Positions 39,130-52,876 of a stretch of DNA of 64,000 nucleotides are shown in pieces. Every line of letters starts with the position of its first letter. Within the stretch, counting starts at the first letter, position 1. The translations under genes were made by a program, and so were the position numbers. The stretch is from assembly GCA_951406725.2 (NCBI GenBank), contig OX597820.1, forward strand, positions 58,218,001-58,282,000. The letters are read 5' to 3'. The notes under the pieces are model-generated. The model was not told the DNA's origin and searched no databases. It saw only the letters and a program-made list of their open reading frames with translations. Origin of the DNA: Octopus vulgaris (taxonomy: Eukaryota).

Positions 39130-40050
39130 AATGGTTTGCACAGTACATGACAACCGGATCTTCTACTGACTGTCGAATCTCAACAAGGATATTAGCATGA
39201 GTTCGCTGAAAATATTTGCAGTGACCACAAAACAGTTTCTTGATGGAAGCAACTCGTGTTTCGAGATTTGTTCGTTCAAGATACATTCCCAATTTCAGTG
39301 ATATCAATATTGCTCTCCTGGAATGCATTCGTGCCTGATTCTTTTGAGGACTACAATATCAGGCCTGCAATGTTCAAATCCGCGTTCATCTTAAATAGTG
39401 AAGAACCAAAATATCTTAGGTTTATTTCTGTCACCAAAGACACTTCCGGAATATGTTGGTATCACTTATCAGATATTTGATTCTATATTTTTAATGTTAG
39501 TGACTACTGGAGTTTACAGACAGATGTTGTCATGTCTTCTTGTAAATTCCTTTTGCGTTAGCTTTCTGCAATGATTTCACAAAATCAATACGTCTTGCTT
39601 TCAGTAAGATTATATATAACTCTGGTCACCGATTTAATATCCAAAACTTCATATTGGGCTGATATCAGCAGCAGCACCAGTCTTTCGCTCTCTCTCCCTC
39701 TTTCTCTCTCTTCCTCTTTCTCTTATGGAAAGCCAATCCCAAGACATTTCTGCTTTTAACTCCAGTGCTTATCGCTCAAATTGGCCATGATTAACTTTCC
39801 AACTAATGGTCGTCTTACATCCACAGAAATTCGCCTCTTAAAAACATTGCTTCCAAGTTCTCCCTTTTCTTTGTCCATTTCTGTTGAAACACACCGGAAA
39901 AGCTGTCACAATATACTAGTTATTACTAAATGATCCACATCTTATTCTCTACACATTCAATCATGCTTAACAGATCTCACCCTTTCTTCAACAACGAGTT
40001 ACATATATAACGGATTTCCATTTTCCTTGTTCACTATTTTTTCCTTTTCC
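39130..40050 (-). mobile_element. Heavily decayed RTE-like LINE fragments
   Basis: Only weak motifs (RYFGSS, KKLFCGH) are visible, and there is no intact frame. Confidence 0.35.
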
Positions 40051-40243
40051 ATGATCACTTTTTTCATGTTTTACGGTCCATCTAATCAACCTCAAGCTTA
40101 GTATATTTGAAGGCACCACCACTGTACCGTATCACTGGGCCATATCAGTGAGACCGTATTGCATGTGTATTATGGACAATGCCTCATTAAGATGGCTTAT
40201 TCCAGCCCAATTTTCTGTAAATAACTATAACTGTTAGTCTTAC

Positions 40244-40342
40244 CTTCTCCAGTAGATTCCATCCTGGACGCTGTATTCACAGTGTCTCCGATCAAACAAT
40301 ATCTCGGCATCTTGACACCAACTACACCAGCTACACATGGAC
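40244..40342 (-). CDS. Exon (99 bp) of a receptor-type guanylyl cyclase catalytic domain
   Basis: ctaattttgaag|...gaag|gtaaga. Encodes (G)[32 protein letters not shown], the class III cyclase signature with the guanylyl-specific R and C residues. Confidence 0.96.
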
Positions 40343-40841
40343 CTTCAAAATTAGAATTAAAATTCATCCATTATTTTGAAATGATATAACAAGCGTAATA
40401 AACGAAGAAAAACTTAATGTAATCTTCATTTGGTCATTGACTGACTATTATTATTATGTTTAACCTCGAGTTCTGAATAAATAGATTATGATCAAACAGT
40501 ATTCCATCGGTGATCTTTCGCATTCATATCAAGCAGTAACAAGGACCGTGTTATCTGGTGTGTTCTTTCTTTTGAATGACAGACAGTAAAGGGTTTTGAG
40601 GAAAATTTGTCTGATAATTCGCGCAAGTTGAACGATCACAAAGAAGCCGTAGTAACAGAATTAATACCGAACTAGTCATCTTTAGAAAGAGTGTCATTGA
40701 GATATACTTTTCCTGGTTATTAAGTAGGCCAGTCTCAGATTACAACTAGAAGTGTAGTAATATGAATCCTATGCACACACACACACACACACACACATAC
40801 ACACACACATACACACGCATAACGCATATACATATATACAT

Positions 40842-41020
40842 ATGGTTTAGAAGTTCACTTTCTAACCATGTAGTTTTGGGTTTCAGTCCTCGGGCAAGTG
40901 TCCTCCGACAAAACACCTCGAGCAAGTGTCCTCTTCTATAGCTAGCCTCCCCAATCAACCAATAACTTGCGAGTGAATTTGGTAAAGACTACCATATACA
41001 CTGTGTGTGTGTGCGGGTGT

Positions 41021-41079
<59 letters not shown>

Positions 41080-41247
41080 CGTGCGTGTGAGTGTGTGTGT
41101 GCTTGCCCCTCTACTACTTGACAACCGGTGTTTGTTCGTTAATGTCCCCGGTAGTAGTATTTCTAATAAGTAGTGGGATCTATTTATTGCTCGACTAAGG
41201 CGGCGTTCCATCGTAGGCAGAGTTCAATGAGTGAAACAAATGAGAGA
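40842..41247 (+). mobile_element. Diverged SINE family A
   Basis: Recognisable head, internal (GT)n and tail. Confidence 0.7.
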
Positions 41248-41409
41248 ACACAAGCGTATATAGTCACAACCAAAACGTAAATTTTGACGTTTGTATGTGT
41301 ATGTGGGTGTGTCCTATCTGTCTATTGACTCTCTGTGTGTACGTTTGTGCGTACTGTGTGTGCATATCTAACGTTTGTGAGCGCAGTGTGTGTATATGTG
41401 CGCGCAATT

Positions 41410-41444
<35 letters not shown>

Positions 41445-41859
41445 ACAACTATGCAGATACGCATGCGCAACTGTGTGCATAAAAGTAATATTGTCTGTAT
41501 TTTATTTGATGTGCCAATACGCTAAGGTGTTGATTGTTGTTGTTTTTTTTTTCTTTTTCTGAACGTTTGTTTCAAAAATATAATTATATTTTAAAAAAAA
41601 AAACACAGTATGTAACAAGAAGAAAATCGAAATATCCAAATGATGAACAAAAGAAATGAAATCTTCGAAAAAAATTATTCACAGTGTTTTAATCAAACTA
41701 ACCAAGAAATAATCAAATGAGATACAGAAATTCGAAAGAAAAAATATGGGTTTGAATTAGGAAGATATAACTTGACAAGGCAAGAACTAAAATAACAGGA
41801 AAACAAAATGGCAGGGTAGTGTTAAGAAGGGTATGTATACATACATGCATATATATGTG

Positions 41860-41939
<80 letters not shown>

Positions 41940-42079
41940 TATACACATACAGGCATACATATATATATGTATATTTATGTATATATATGTATATATATAC
42001 ACATACAGGCATACATATATATATGTATATGTATATATGTATATATATATACATGCATACACATATGTATATATATACA

Positions 42080-42111
<32 letters not shown>

Positions 42112-43366
42112 CATATATACATATACATATATATACATATATATATTGTTCTTTTCTATTTTACTTTATTTTATTTTATGCATCGGCGCGCAGCAGATAA
42201 TTAAGTTGCTGGTGTCAGATTGACATTACAGACATGTGACACGATTTTTTTTTTTTAGTTTTTTTATTTATTTATTCATTCATTTTCCAATTTGTCGTTC
42301 ATTGAGTACAGAACTATGGCGTCTTGGAAGTCACAGTTGAGGTGGACCGGAAGTTTACTGCATTCGTCATTAACAGGTTGATGATAAGGGACAAGGAGGG
42401 AGGTGAGTGTTATAATAGTTTTATTATCCTTCATAAATACTGAAAGAAGAAAGATACGGTAACATTTCACTGAAGGAAGGGGGTTGAATATAATAAACAC
42501 CGCTATTTCGAAGGAGAACATGATTTTGCCAGGCATTTCTTGTAATTAATCTATTTCACATTCCGATGTTCATGCAACCTCTACGCACTCTTTTGACCCA
42601 CGAGAGAATTGTGGTGAGACGTGATAAAAGAAATTTATGTAAAGAAAAGGCTCACACGCACACAGAGGGATGGAGAGAGAGGAGGAGGAGAGAGGGAGGT
42701 AACTCAATACAACTCTAGAAAGTAATATATAAACACGTTGCTAGGTATCTTGACATAGTAAAGTTAAATGGAGCTGTAATACAGAATGTTAATATAATTA
42801 TTACTTCAAACGATTGAAGACAGAAACGGTAAAATGCCGGACTAAATGCCCCGCACTATTTACTGTACCTCAACCAAAGCCGAACCTACCACACTCCGAC
42901 ATACATCACACATTGAACTTAATGTCCAACATTCCCCCCCACCTTACCCGGCTCCGAACATTTTCGTACTTCGAGTCAGTCAATAGGACGGAAATCCGCT
43001 AAATTTGTTTTCCTTTACTTTCTGGTTTTTGTTTTTTTTTTTGTTTTGTTTTTTTCGTCCAAGCAGATGTGTTTCCTCTCTGAACCATCCATGAGTGCTA
43101 AGCTGATGGCGAAAATCATCCGCTCTGGAACAGCACTCCACGTCCCTCAAGTCACTGGACCCCAGGATCTTAAATCTCACATGTTGTTCACCAACAGCTG
43201 CTCCGTTGCAACAAATACTACAAAGAATACTGACAATGACACTCATTTGAGTCGTCTACGTTCACCAATTGTGAAGCTTACCCATCATGCAATTTGTCTG
43301 TTTTTTAGGTTTTTTGGCGTTTGGGGGTTGTTGTTTTTGTTTTATTATTACTATTATTATTATTAA

Positions 43367-43925
43367 GTGAGAGAGCAGTGCATGCCATCAAAGAGACAAT
43401 GGGATAAAGTATACGAAGTCCAGTATACTCATCATGACTGCCCATCTAATAAGGGTACACTAGGCACATGCATCACAACCATATGTGCGCGACGTGGTGA
43501 TCTCATATCAAGAAAAAACAGCATATGACCTTGCAGGTGAGGCCCAGTTAGAATTTTCTTCTGGTCGAGTAACCGATCCTGCTCAAAAGGTCTCTGAATA
43601 AGGGTTGTTTAAGGATGTTGAACGAAACTCCCATGTTTCCAGAGGTGAAATATCCAAACCCCAAAGAAACCCTCTCAACACATGGCTATGATGCTCCCCC
43701 ACTACTTCTGCTCGTGATCAGAGATACACATATCGTCAGCTTCTAAGGGACATGCTCAACTGGTTACGGTCAAACAACTGACAAGCAAATCTCTGGTATT
43801 AAGCAGAATATTTGCTGTAGCCTGTCTTTTATACCAAGACAAAACAATGTACATGATAACACTTAAGAATGTACATAAGACAAAACAATGTACATGATAA
43901 AACAAAACAATGTACATGATATATT
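43367..43925 (-). mobile_element. Second copy of the 1-442 repeat, with a reiterated 5' junction
   Basis: Direct similarity to 1-442, with (TTA)n on both sides. acaaaacaatgtacat is repeated three times at the right end. Confidence 0.85.
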
Positions 43926-45577
43926 ATTATTATTATTATTTTTCTTGTGAGTCTAGAAGAAGACCATTAACTATGATTTTTGAAAGACCTGTGAGCTTGA
44001 TGCCATTAACGTTTTGTTTAGACTATTGCAGATCAACACCTGTCGAAAGGACATGTGCAAGAAGAAGATCCCAAAGGGCCGATGTTCTGGGTAGAAGAAA
44101 CTAGGCATAATGGTTAGTGCGTAGCCTTGTGGGCTGGATGTACCAAGAATAATGAGAGATGGAAAGACAAGAATATCGAGGGTGCATGAGTCGGGGAGGC
44201 ACGAGGCCAGCAAATGAAACCTGCAAAACAACCGTTGTGGAGTCAAACGAAACTTCTGTGAACCATATAACTTGCACGTTTTCTCGCCTCCAAAATTGCA
44301 GTGAAGTCTTCTAGACTACGAAGAAAGTCTGCGATTTGCGGAATCATCCTAATAAACATTCCCCGTTCAATATGGCCCTGTTAGTGGTAGGACCCATTGA
44401 TAAAACCTCTACGTAAGCTACTCGAGTTCCTTCCAATTTCGTATTAAATGCACTGAGTAATGTGGATTTATAACTTATCTCTCTTTTATAGATGTTATGT
44501 CTAGTTTTCGCAGCTCTTTCAGCTCAAATTTTATTTGAATTTGAAACCCTAAATGCTGAAATAAATATTGCAAGACATTTGGTCTGATTCTGCCAAAATT
44601 AAAAATAAGTTTGCGTTTTTTTTTGTTTTTTTTTGTGGGTGGGGAGATTGTCAATAAAAATTCTTATGTTTATGATTTTGTAACGATAATGTAATTATGG
44701 AGATAACTGTGTGGTAGATATAAGAATCTTTTAAGATTTGTTGCTTTAAAGTAAACCATTACCGTGTGTTTGAGCAATATATGTGGTTTATGAAAACTGG
44801 GTAGACTATTTTAGAAATTCAATGAATCTACCTCCCTCAAGTTGGAACTCACTGAGCATGCCGTCTGGGTCAATTTTCTACAACTATTCCATAATGTTTT
44901 CTCTAAAGTATTTATAGCTTCCAATCAGCCTTAATGAAACAGAATTATGCATAAAAGCATTCCAAACGTGACCTTCAGTCTGCTTTCTATTTTATTTTCC
45001 TTTTAAATCACGGGCTATATAATCTAATGTGTCCGTCATGTTGTAAGACTAGGATATGATTTCAGGATTATTTGGTTGTTATTTCGAAAACTTTTGACAG
45101 GAAGTATGTGTGTATTGATTGTTGAAAACTATAAAATACAGACTGACAAAATGTATAAGCTATACAGTATGTGTGTGTGTATTTATCGATCATTCAGCAT
45201 CATAATATATACACATACATGCGTAAGTGCAGTATGTATTGTAAAGAACATATGCATTATATAATATATATAATAAACAATATACATTTATATATACATA
45301 CATACATATATGTATATATATATATATGTGTGTGTGTTTATACACATATATATATACATATATCAATACATACATATATACCTAAATATATATATATATA
45401 TATATATATACATAAATATATATATATACATATACATACATATATATATATACATATATATATACATATATATACATATTGATATATATATATATATACA
45501 TATTAATATATATATACATATATATACATATTAATATATATATATACATATATATACATGCATACATATACATACAC

Positions 45578-45640
<63 letters not shown>

Positions 45641-46468
45641 ATGGAATAAATTCTCCACCTGTAATACATAAACTGGTAGTATTAAAAATTGTTTTATAGT
45701 TGTTTAATGACTGCCTAAATTGCTTATGTAGGTTAACGGGCAAGAAGATTAATCTTCTATTACTGCATCAATTTATATAATATTTTATTGAGGTAAAACT
45801 TTATATCGCACATTTGAAGCTAAAAGTATTGTAATATTTCATATATATTTACGAGTATTTAAGCAAATTTCTCTTAGTGTAAAAGTTATAAGATTATTAG
45901 AAATAATGAACAATAAAATTTTGATTGTAACAAGCAATAAACTTTAGCTGCATATATATCTTTTTGTATACATTGATGTATAAATGGGCGTATGAATGTG
46001 GGGTTTACATGTATATATAGATATGTATTATGGTTTTTAACATTGGCACAAGAGAATGAGAAGAGAGTTGATTAAAATGATACACTACCTGACTGACATT
46101 TGTTTTATCAAAATTTTGTGTATAATTAAAGGCAAAACGCAAAAATCGGCCACTGCTTGAACCGGCTGGATTTTAACTCATAACATAACTCAAGAAAACG
46201 TCAATAAATACCAGATAATATTTAGGCCAGCACATAAGATTAGATATTTTGGAGAGATGGTCTAATGTAACGAATCGACTATAATAATGGTACATATTTG
46301 TTTATAAGCACCGAGGGTTAGCGAAGTAGGATAGCTCGACAGTAGATTTCTTGGCGATAATTCTCGTGGCTATTTGTCTTATTAATTCACATACTGCGAG
46401 GACAAAGTTGTTTTTCTTTCCCAGCCCTGAGATCGCTAAATAAAGTAACTGCTCTCTTCTGGATCAAT

Positions 46469-46470
<2 letters not shown>

Positions 46471-46510
<40 letters not shown>

Positions 46511-46729
46511 CTTGAAGAAGAAGAAGAAGAAGAAGAAGAAGAAGAAGAAGAAGAAGAAGAAGAAGAAGAAAAAGAAGAAGAAGAAGAAGAAGAAGAAGAA
46601 GAAGAAGAAGAAAAGAAGAAGAAGAAGAAGAAGAAGAAGAAGAAGAAGAAGAAGAAGAAGAAGAAGAAGAAGAAGAAGAAGAAGAAGAAGAAGAAGAAGA
46701 AGAAGAAGAAGAAGAAGAAGAAGAAGAAA
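46471..46729. repeat. (CT)n abutting ~215 bp of nearly pure (GAA)n
   Basis: Seen directly in the sequence. Confidence 0.98.
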
Positions 46730-48269
46730 TCAGCTGTTGTCAGCCTAAGAAAATAAGTGTTTGCCAAGTCTAAAAATGCTCTAGATACACCGTATATCAC
46801 GACAGCCGACCCACGACTTCATCAAGGAATTAAGGATCTACGACAAGGCAAGCACCCGATTATATTGTTCTCAGGATAAAGAAATATAATTATTAACCCA
46901 GGCTTGAATTGATGTCAAGACTTTGTCTGCACATCACCCTTCAAAAATATTAATGTCTGCAATTTTAAGCAATAAACTTGATTGTATCAGAGAATAATCT
47001 TTGAGTATGATTAGTGCACATCATTAATACGGTTAATAGGTAAATCCATTTCAGAATCTGATGGCATATATTGCGGTATTTATTTTGGCTTCTGGCGTGA
47101 GGAGTTGAAATCCTTCCGATGACGACTTTGCCTTTCGGGTTCGATAAAATAACAGATAAGTACAGTAGGTTGATGAGATTATTAGAGCGGTTATTAGCTA
47201 GTTAGAGCATCCGATGTGATACGTTGTGGTACTTGTTATCGTTCTTGCCGTTTTGGATGCAAAACCCGTCAAGGAATCAACTCCGGTAGCTGGTTACGAC
47301 TAATCACACAACTATGGGGCTATGATTGGAATATAGCCCTATTGGAATCGGATTAGAGGATGATTGAGGCAATGAGCTATCACAGTCAAATGATGATGAG
47401 GTGTAGATACGTAAATGTAACTTTTTGAAATTTTAATAAATTTGACCTTTTTCAGACAAATGGAATAAAAGCGAATGAATTTATTTTACAACCCAGTAGA
47501 AAAGATCCATCCAACTGATTAGCAAAAGTCACAGACATTCCTCTTACCCACAGGCATGCTGATTCCTCTCTCTACCATTTCTAACATAGTATAATGGCCT
47601 CTGCTTCTCGGATTATTGAGCCCATTTCAGCTCAACTCCCGGCACATTCGTCTCCTCTCATCACCCTTATTAAGTCCAAGCGCCCAGGCCCCGGAATAAT
47701 CAAAGTGCTCAGACCTTACTTTCCAGAACGTAATGTTTTCTGAAATTACTGCCATCCCTACCTATGTCTTTCCTGCAAATGTTGACTTTGCAAAGGTTCG
47801 CGAAAAACATTAATGACATTAAACTCAAGGACACCATAGGCCTTGATTCTTCCAAACTCAGCAAGTAAAAGTTATTTTTAAACAAATGAAAATATTTCTT
47901 TCGCGGAATAGAATTATACTTCAGAACAATTGCATGTTCACATATTTTTTGCATTTTAAATTATCCAGATATTTATTTTGCGGGTTTCAGAATTACTCTC
48001 AACAGCTTGAGCAGAATCCTTTATTCAGTTAATGGTGTTTGTTTTTCTATGTATAAAATCGTTAATTTTAACTATATGTATGTCAGAGTGCGCGCATGTG
48101 TGTGTGTGTCTTTCCTTGCCCACCTCCAGCATCGGATAGAATCGTAGGCGTACCATCGTAACATAGGGCGAACCTTAGACATTATAAACCTTGAAGTTCA
48201 TGTGTGTGCGTGTGTGTGGTATATATATTTATATATATATAATATATATATATATATATCTTTATACAG

Positions 48270-48310
<41 letters not shown>

Positions 48311-49090
48311 ATATATGCATATACATAAATACATACAAACACACTGATACTTGAAATGCTAATGCGATGGTGCTGAGATTGCAGTCTCTACCATGATGAT
48401 ATCAGCAGTGTGAAATATCATCCTTGTAGTAAAATATCGAGAAATTGCAGTATGTTAATATAAATTCGAACGACCTGCACTTATTTTTAAAAACTTAATG
48501 AAATTAGTATGCACATATCCTGCTGCTTGTTCTCCGACAAACGAACTTGTAAACGTTCTGCTCCTTATCACAAATGCGCATTAAAAAATATGGCTTCAAA
48601 GATAGAATATATTACATACAGGAGAACATCAACACACATATATTTACCAATCGAAAAAGTAATATTATGTGATATAATCCACCATACAGTCTAAATGTTC
48701 GTTCCAATTTTACTATCTTTACAAAAAGAATTTTTCCACATAAGAACTTTCAGAGAAATAAAGACAAAGTGAATTATAATAGCACCGAAATCTTCGCTGC
48801 TTCTTTATTTGTTGTTGGGCTTATAGAAAGAATTATTTTCACCTGCTTAGATCAAATAAATTTCGTCTTAAATAATTAGTATCTGCCTGGATTATTAAAT
48901 GATAAAGCAAGGTTCTTTTGGATAGTATCTAAAATATCGTTATAGCGACAGCGAATAACTACTATGTCATCGTATCGAAATGACAGAATACTGTGGTACC
49001 AGTATTTCAGGAGGTCTAATACGTATAAGCTGACCAAATCACTTACATTCCTGTCAAGGCGTTCCACATCCCATCTGTTTCACATCATCA

Positions 49091-49148
<58 letters not shown>

Positions 49149-49416
49149 TCAAGTCGACCTGTTGTTGAAAAGCGAGGTCATGCACGTATGTATAATCAGT
49201 TTTATTTACCACCTATCGAGTTTGACGAATTTATGGGCAAAATGTTGAGTTTTAATTAACAGGGATAACGACATTGAGGGGAGGGGGAAATCTACAGTAT
49301 CAAATTAGCTTTCGCTTTATTTGTTATATATTTGAACCAGGGTGCTGTCGAATTACTGCAATTCTGTGGGTTGGTATTCTGTTAAATTTTAATATTCATA
49401 TCTGTATTATGCTACA

Positions 49417-49486
<70 letters not shown>

Positions 49487-49859
49487 CATTAATAAGTATA
49501 ATATATACAGGCATATATGCATAGGCGTGTGTTAATGCATGATGTGTATGAATAAATACGTATATATATTCATATATGCATCTATATGTGTGTGTTGGTG
49601 TGTATATATCTACAAATATAAAAAATTTAAATATATACGTATGGTCGTCTTTGTGTGCGTATAAACGCAAATAAAGAAAAGCACGTAAAAATTTACTGAA
49701 GTGTCTAAAATTAAAGTGGAATGTTATTCTATTTGATTAAGTTCTTTTCAATTAAATTAACGGCTGTGCATAGACTGAATTTCTAAAGAGTAAATTAAGC
49801 GACTGACTTCTCATGGGAAAGGTTTTAACAATCTTCACACTTCAAATATATATACATAC

Positions 49860-49932
<73 letters not shown>

Positions 49933-50237
49933 TTTCTAGCCGCGCACATACATTATATGTTTACATAGTTGCTAAATCTGAAAGAAGGGTTATGCCTACC
50001 ATGACCGATGAGATTGATGTCATTATTGTTCTGTTTAAACTGTTGCAAATCGACAGCTGTAGAAAAGACATGAACAAACAAAAGGTTCCAGACGCCTGAA
50101 GCTCTGGGATGGAAGGGGCTGGCATTGTTATTAGTGCCACAATAAAGGTGATAAAATGAAGTGGGGTTTGTGGGTCTAGAGTACCTGAGTGAAGAAAGCT
50201 CGTGAACAGCTAACTCTTATAAATAGAGACGATTTTA

Positions 50238-50488
50238 CTAGCATGTGACCGACCAGGCTATCAGATGTTGTTACACATGGCTGGTCATAATGCGTTCTTG
50301 CATTGTTTTAGCCTTCAAATGAAGCCATCACGTTGGCAAGGCGAGCAAGCCTGTGTTCCATTCTGGTCGAAAAAGGGACTGGAGCAACGTGAAACGAAGT
50401 GTTTTGCTCAAGAACACAATCAAGGTATCGAACCCACGGTCTAGTGATCGTGATTGCAAAAGCCTAACCACTAGGCCACGCGCCTTCA
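50238..50488 (-). mobile_element. tRNA-derived SINE related to the family D head, with a different tail
   Basis: Minus strand gaaggcgcgtggcctagtggttagg...ggttcgatacc...gtgttcttgagcaaaacact. Confidence 0.7.
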
Positions 50489-51107
50489 CGATTTTAATAA
50501 GGGTAAAAAAGAAGTCAAAAAGTGCAGACTGTAGGCCTGTGAACAAGAAGCTGGGGATTACCTATAATAGCTACAAAAAAACTGAGTGACATTTCCCTAC
50601 ATGTAACCCGAGGGCATCTGTTTGTTAATGATAGCAGCAACATCGTCTCACTAATGGTGTATGACAAAGGAATGATCCCCGGTGGGTTTGGCTTTACTGA
50701 AAGCTTGTTGGTGGTCATTGACAAGAGCGAGGGAGAGAGAAAAAGCGGAACAGAGCGTGAGAGAAAGAGATAGCAAGGAAGATAGACCGACAGAGAAGAG
50801 AAAAAGAGATTTAAAGTGTTGAATAACGTCGTTGTCAATCACTGTTTCCGCTAACAAAACAGAAATATTAGAAGTACAATAGGGCGATGGTTGGCTGGGT
50901 CAAAAGAGTTACTTTTCTTTGGAATGGGAGAAAATGTGGCATGTCTCCAAAGATTAGTGCAAGTAACTCCAACCAAACGAGATGGATATTTTCTTTCGTG
51001 TGTTCACTTCTTCGTATATATGTATATATGTAAACATGCATGTTTGAATGTATATATGCATGTATATGTTTATATATGTGTGCGAATGTGTGTGTGAACG
51101 TGTGTGT

Positions 51108-51180
<73 letters not shown>

Positions 51181-51197
51181 GTAGATAGGTAGATAGG

Positions 51198-51277
<80 letters not shown>

Positions 51278-51525
51278 GGAGAAGCGTGCTAGTGTGTGTG
51301 TATGTGTATATAAATTTTGTCAAACTACAACTCGAGATAAGTTCTTTCTTATACACACATTGACTGCTGAGGGCCTTCCTTTTATTCGGATCTCTCAAGG
51401 TATTAATATATCTATCCATACACATATATGTACTTTTTCTGATACATTTGTACGCAAAACTGCCTACACTCATACACACATATACGCACCTCTAAACAGG
51501 TACATGCCCACATACAAACATACAT

Positions 51526-51583
<58 letters not shown>

Positions 51584-52784
51584 CAGGGGTTTGACAAAAT
51601 AATGGAAACACATAGCATCATAGCATCATAATTTTGAAATATCTATAAAACCGTCAAAAGCTTCATTATTTTTATGTTTTTTGATTTATTATTAGTGTTG
51701 GTTAGTATGTTTTTCTAAAATTGCTGTTTCTTTTCAGTTACTGTCAGAAAAAGGTCATTAAAATGACAGATCTATCGGACTTTCAAAGAGGTCAAAATGT
51801 TGGTGCTCGTATGGCAGGTGCTAGCGTAACGAAAACAGCCGAAATGCTTGGTGTAGCAAGAAGTACTGTCTCGAAAGTAATGACAGCCTTTGAGAGAGAG
51901 GGAAAAACCTCCTCGTCGAAACAAAACTCCAGAAGGAAACCAGAGAGGGACCGTCGGACTCTTACGCGAATTGTTAGAAAGGATCACAAAATTACAGCTC
52001 CCAAAATTACTGCAGAGCTTAATGACCAATTCGAGAACCCAGTTTCCACAAGAACCGTTCGCTGGGAGCTGCGCAAAGCAGGATTCCACGGGAGAGCTGC
52101 TATCAGAACAAAGGTTGCAAGGCATTTAGAGTGGAGTAAAAACCTACAGAATTGGTCCCTAGAGCAGTGGAAGAATATTTTCTTGGACGAGTCATCCTTT
52201 ACCTTATTTCCGACCACCGACCGAGCATACGTGTGAATACAGCCAAAAGAAGCATCGGACCCAGACTGCCTTCTTTCAACTGTTAAAGATGGAGGAGGAT
52301 CTGTGATGATCTGGGGTGGCTATATCTTGGAAATCCGCCGGCCCAATTGTTTCCCTTCATGGCAAAATTTAATAGTCAAGACTACTTAAGCATTTTATCT
52401 GATCAATTCATCCTATGGTTTCAGAACTGATTCTGGAGGGAAACACAATCTTTCAGGATAATAATGCACTAATTCACATTCTAGTGAAGATGAACATCTT
52501 ATCTGGCCACCACAGTCCCAAGATCTCAATATTATTGAACATTTATGGTGCATTTTAGAAAAACAAGTAAAGGAGTCGATATCCTCTAACATCATCACTA
52601 CAAGAACTGGAGACTGTTTTAGCTGAAGAATAGACAAAAATTCCTTTGGAAACAATCCAAACTCTGTGCGAGTCCATACCTAGTAGAATTCAAGCTGCAT
52701 TTACCGCTAAAGGCGGTCCTACCCCATATTGAAATTAATTTGTTTGAAGTTTTAAGGTGTTTCCATTATTTTGTTCAACCCCTA
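51584..52784 (+). mobile_element. Full-length Tc1-family DNA transposon; transposase pseudogene at ~51763-52732
   Basis: 28-bp TIRs cagggg.ttgacaaaataatggaaacac in a (TA)n site. MTDLSDFQRGQ.. HTH, FLDESSF, IFQDNNA and WPPQSQDLNIIEHLW motifs, with stops and frameshifts. Confidence 0.95.
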
Positions 52785-52876
52785 TATATATATATAAGGA
52801 TGAGATCGTTAATTTAAATATCGATCTTATGTGGTTTCAGAGTCAAGTTTTGGCTACTATTTCCAGCATGGTGGTA

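Noticed and set aside
47720-47772. Possible minus-strand AG-GT bounded segments here and at ~42948-42998
   Set aside because: The translations show no similarity to cyclase or kinase-homology domains.
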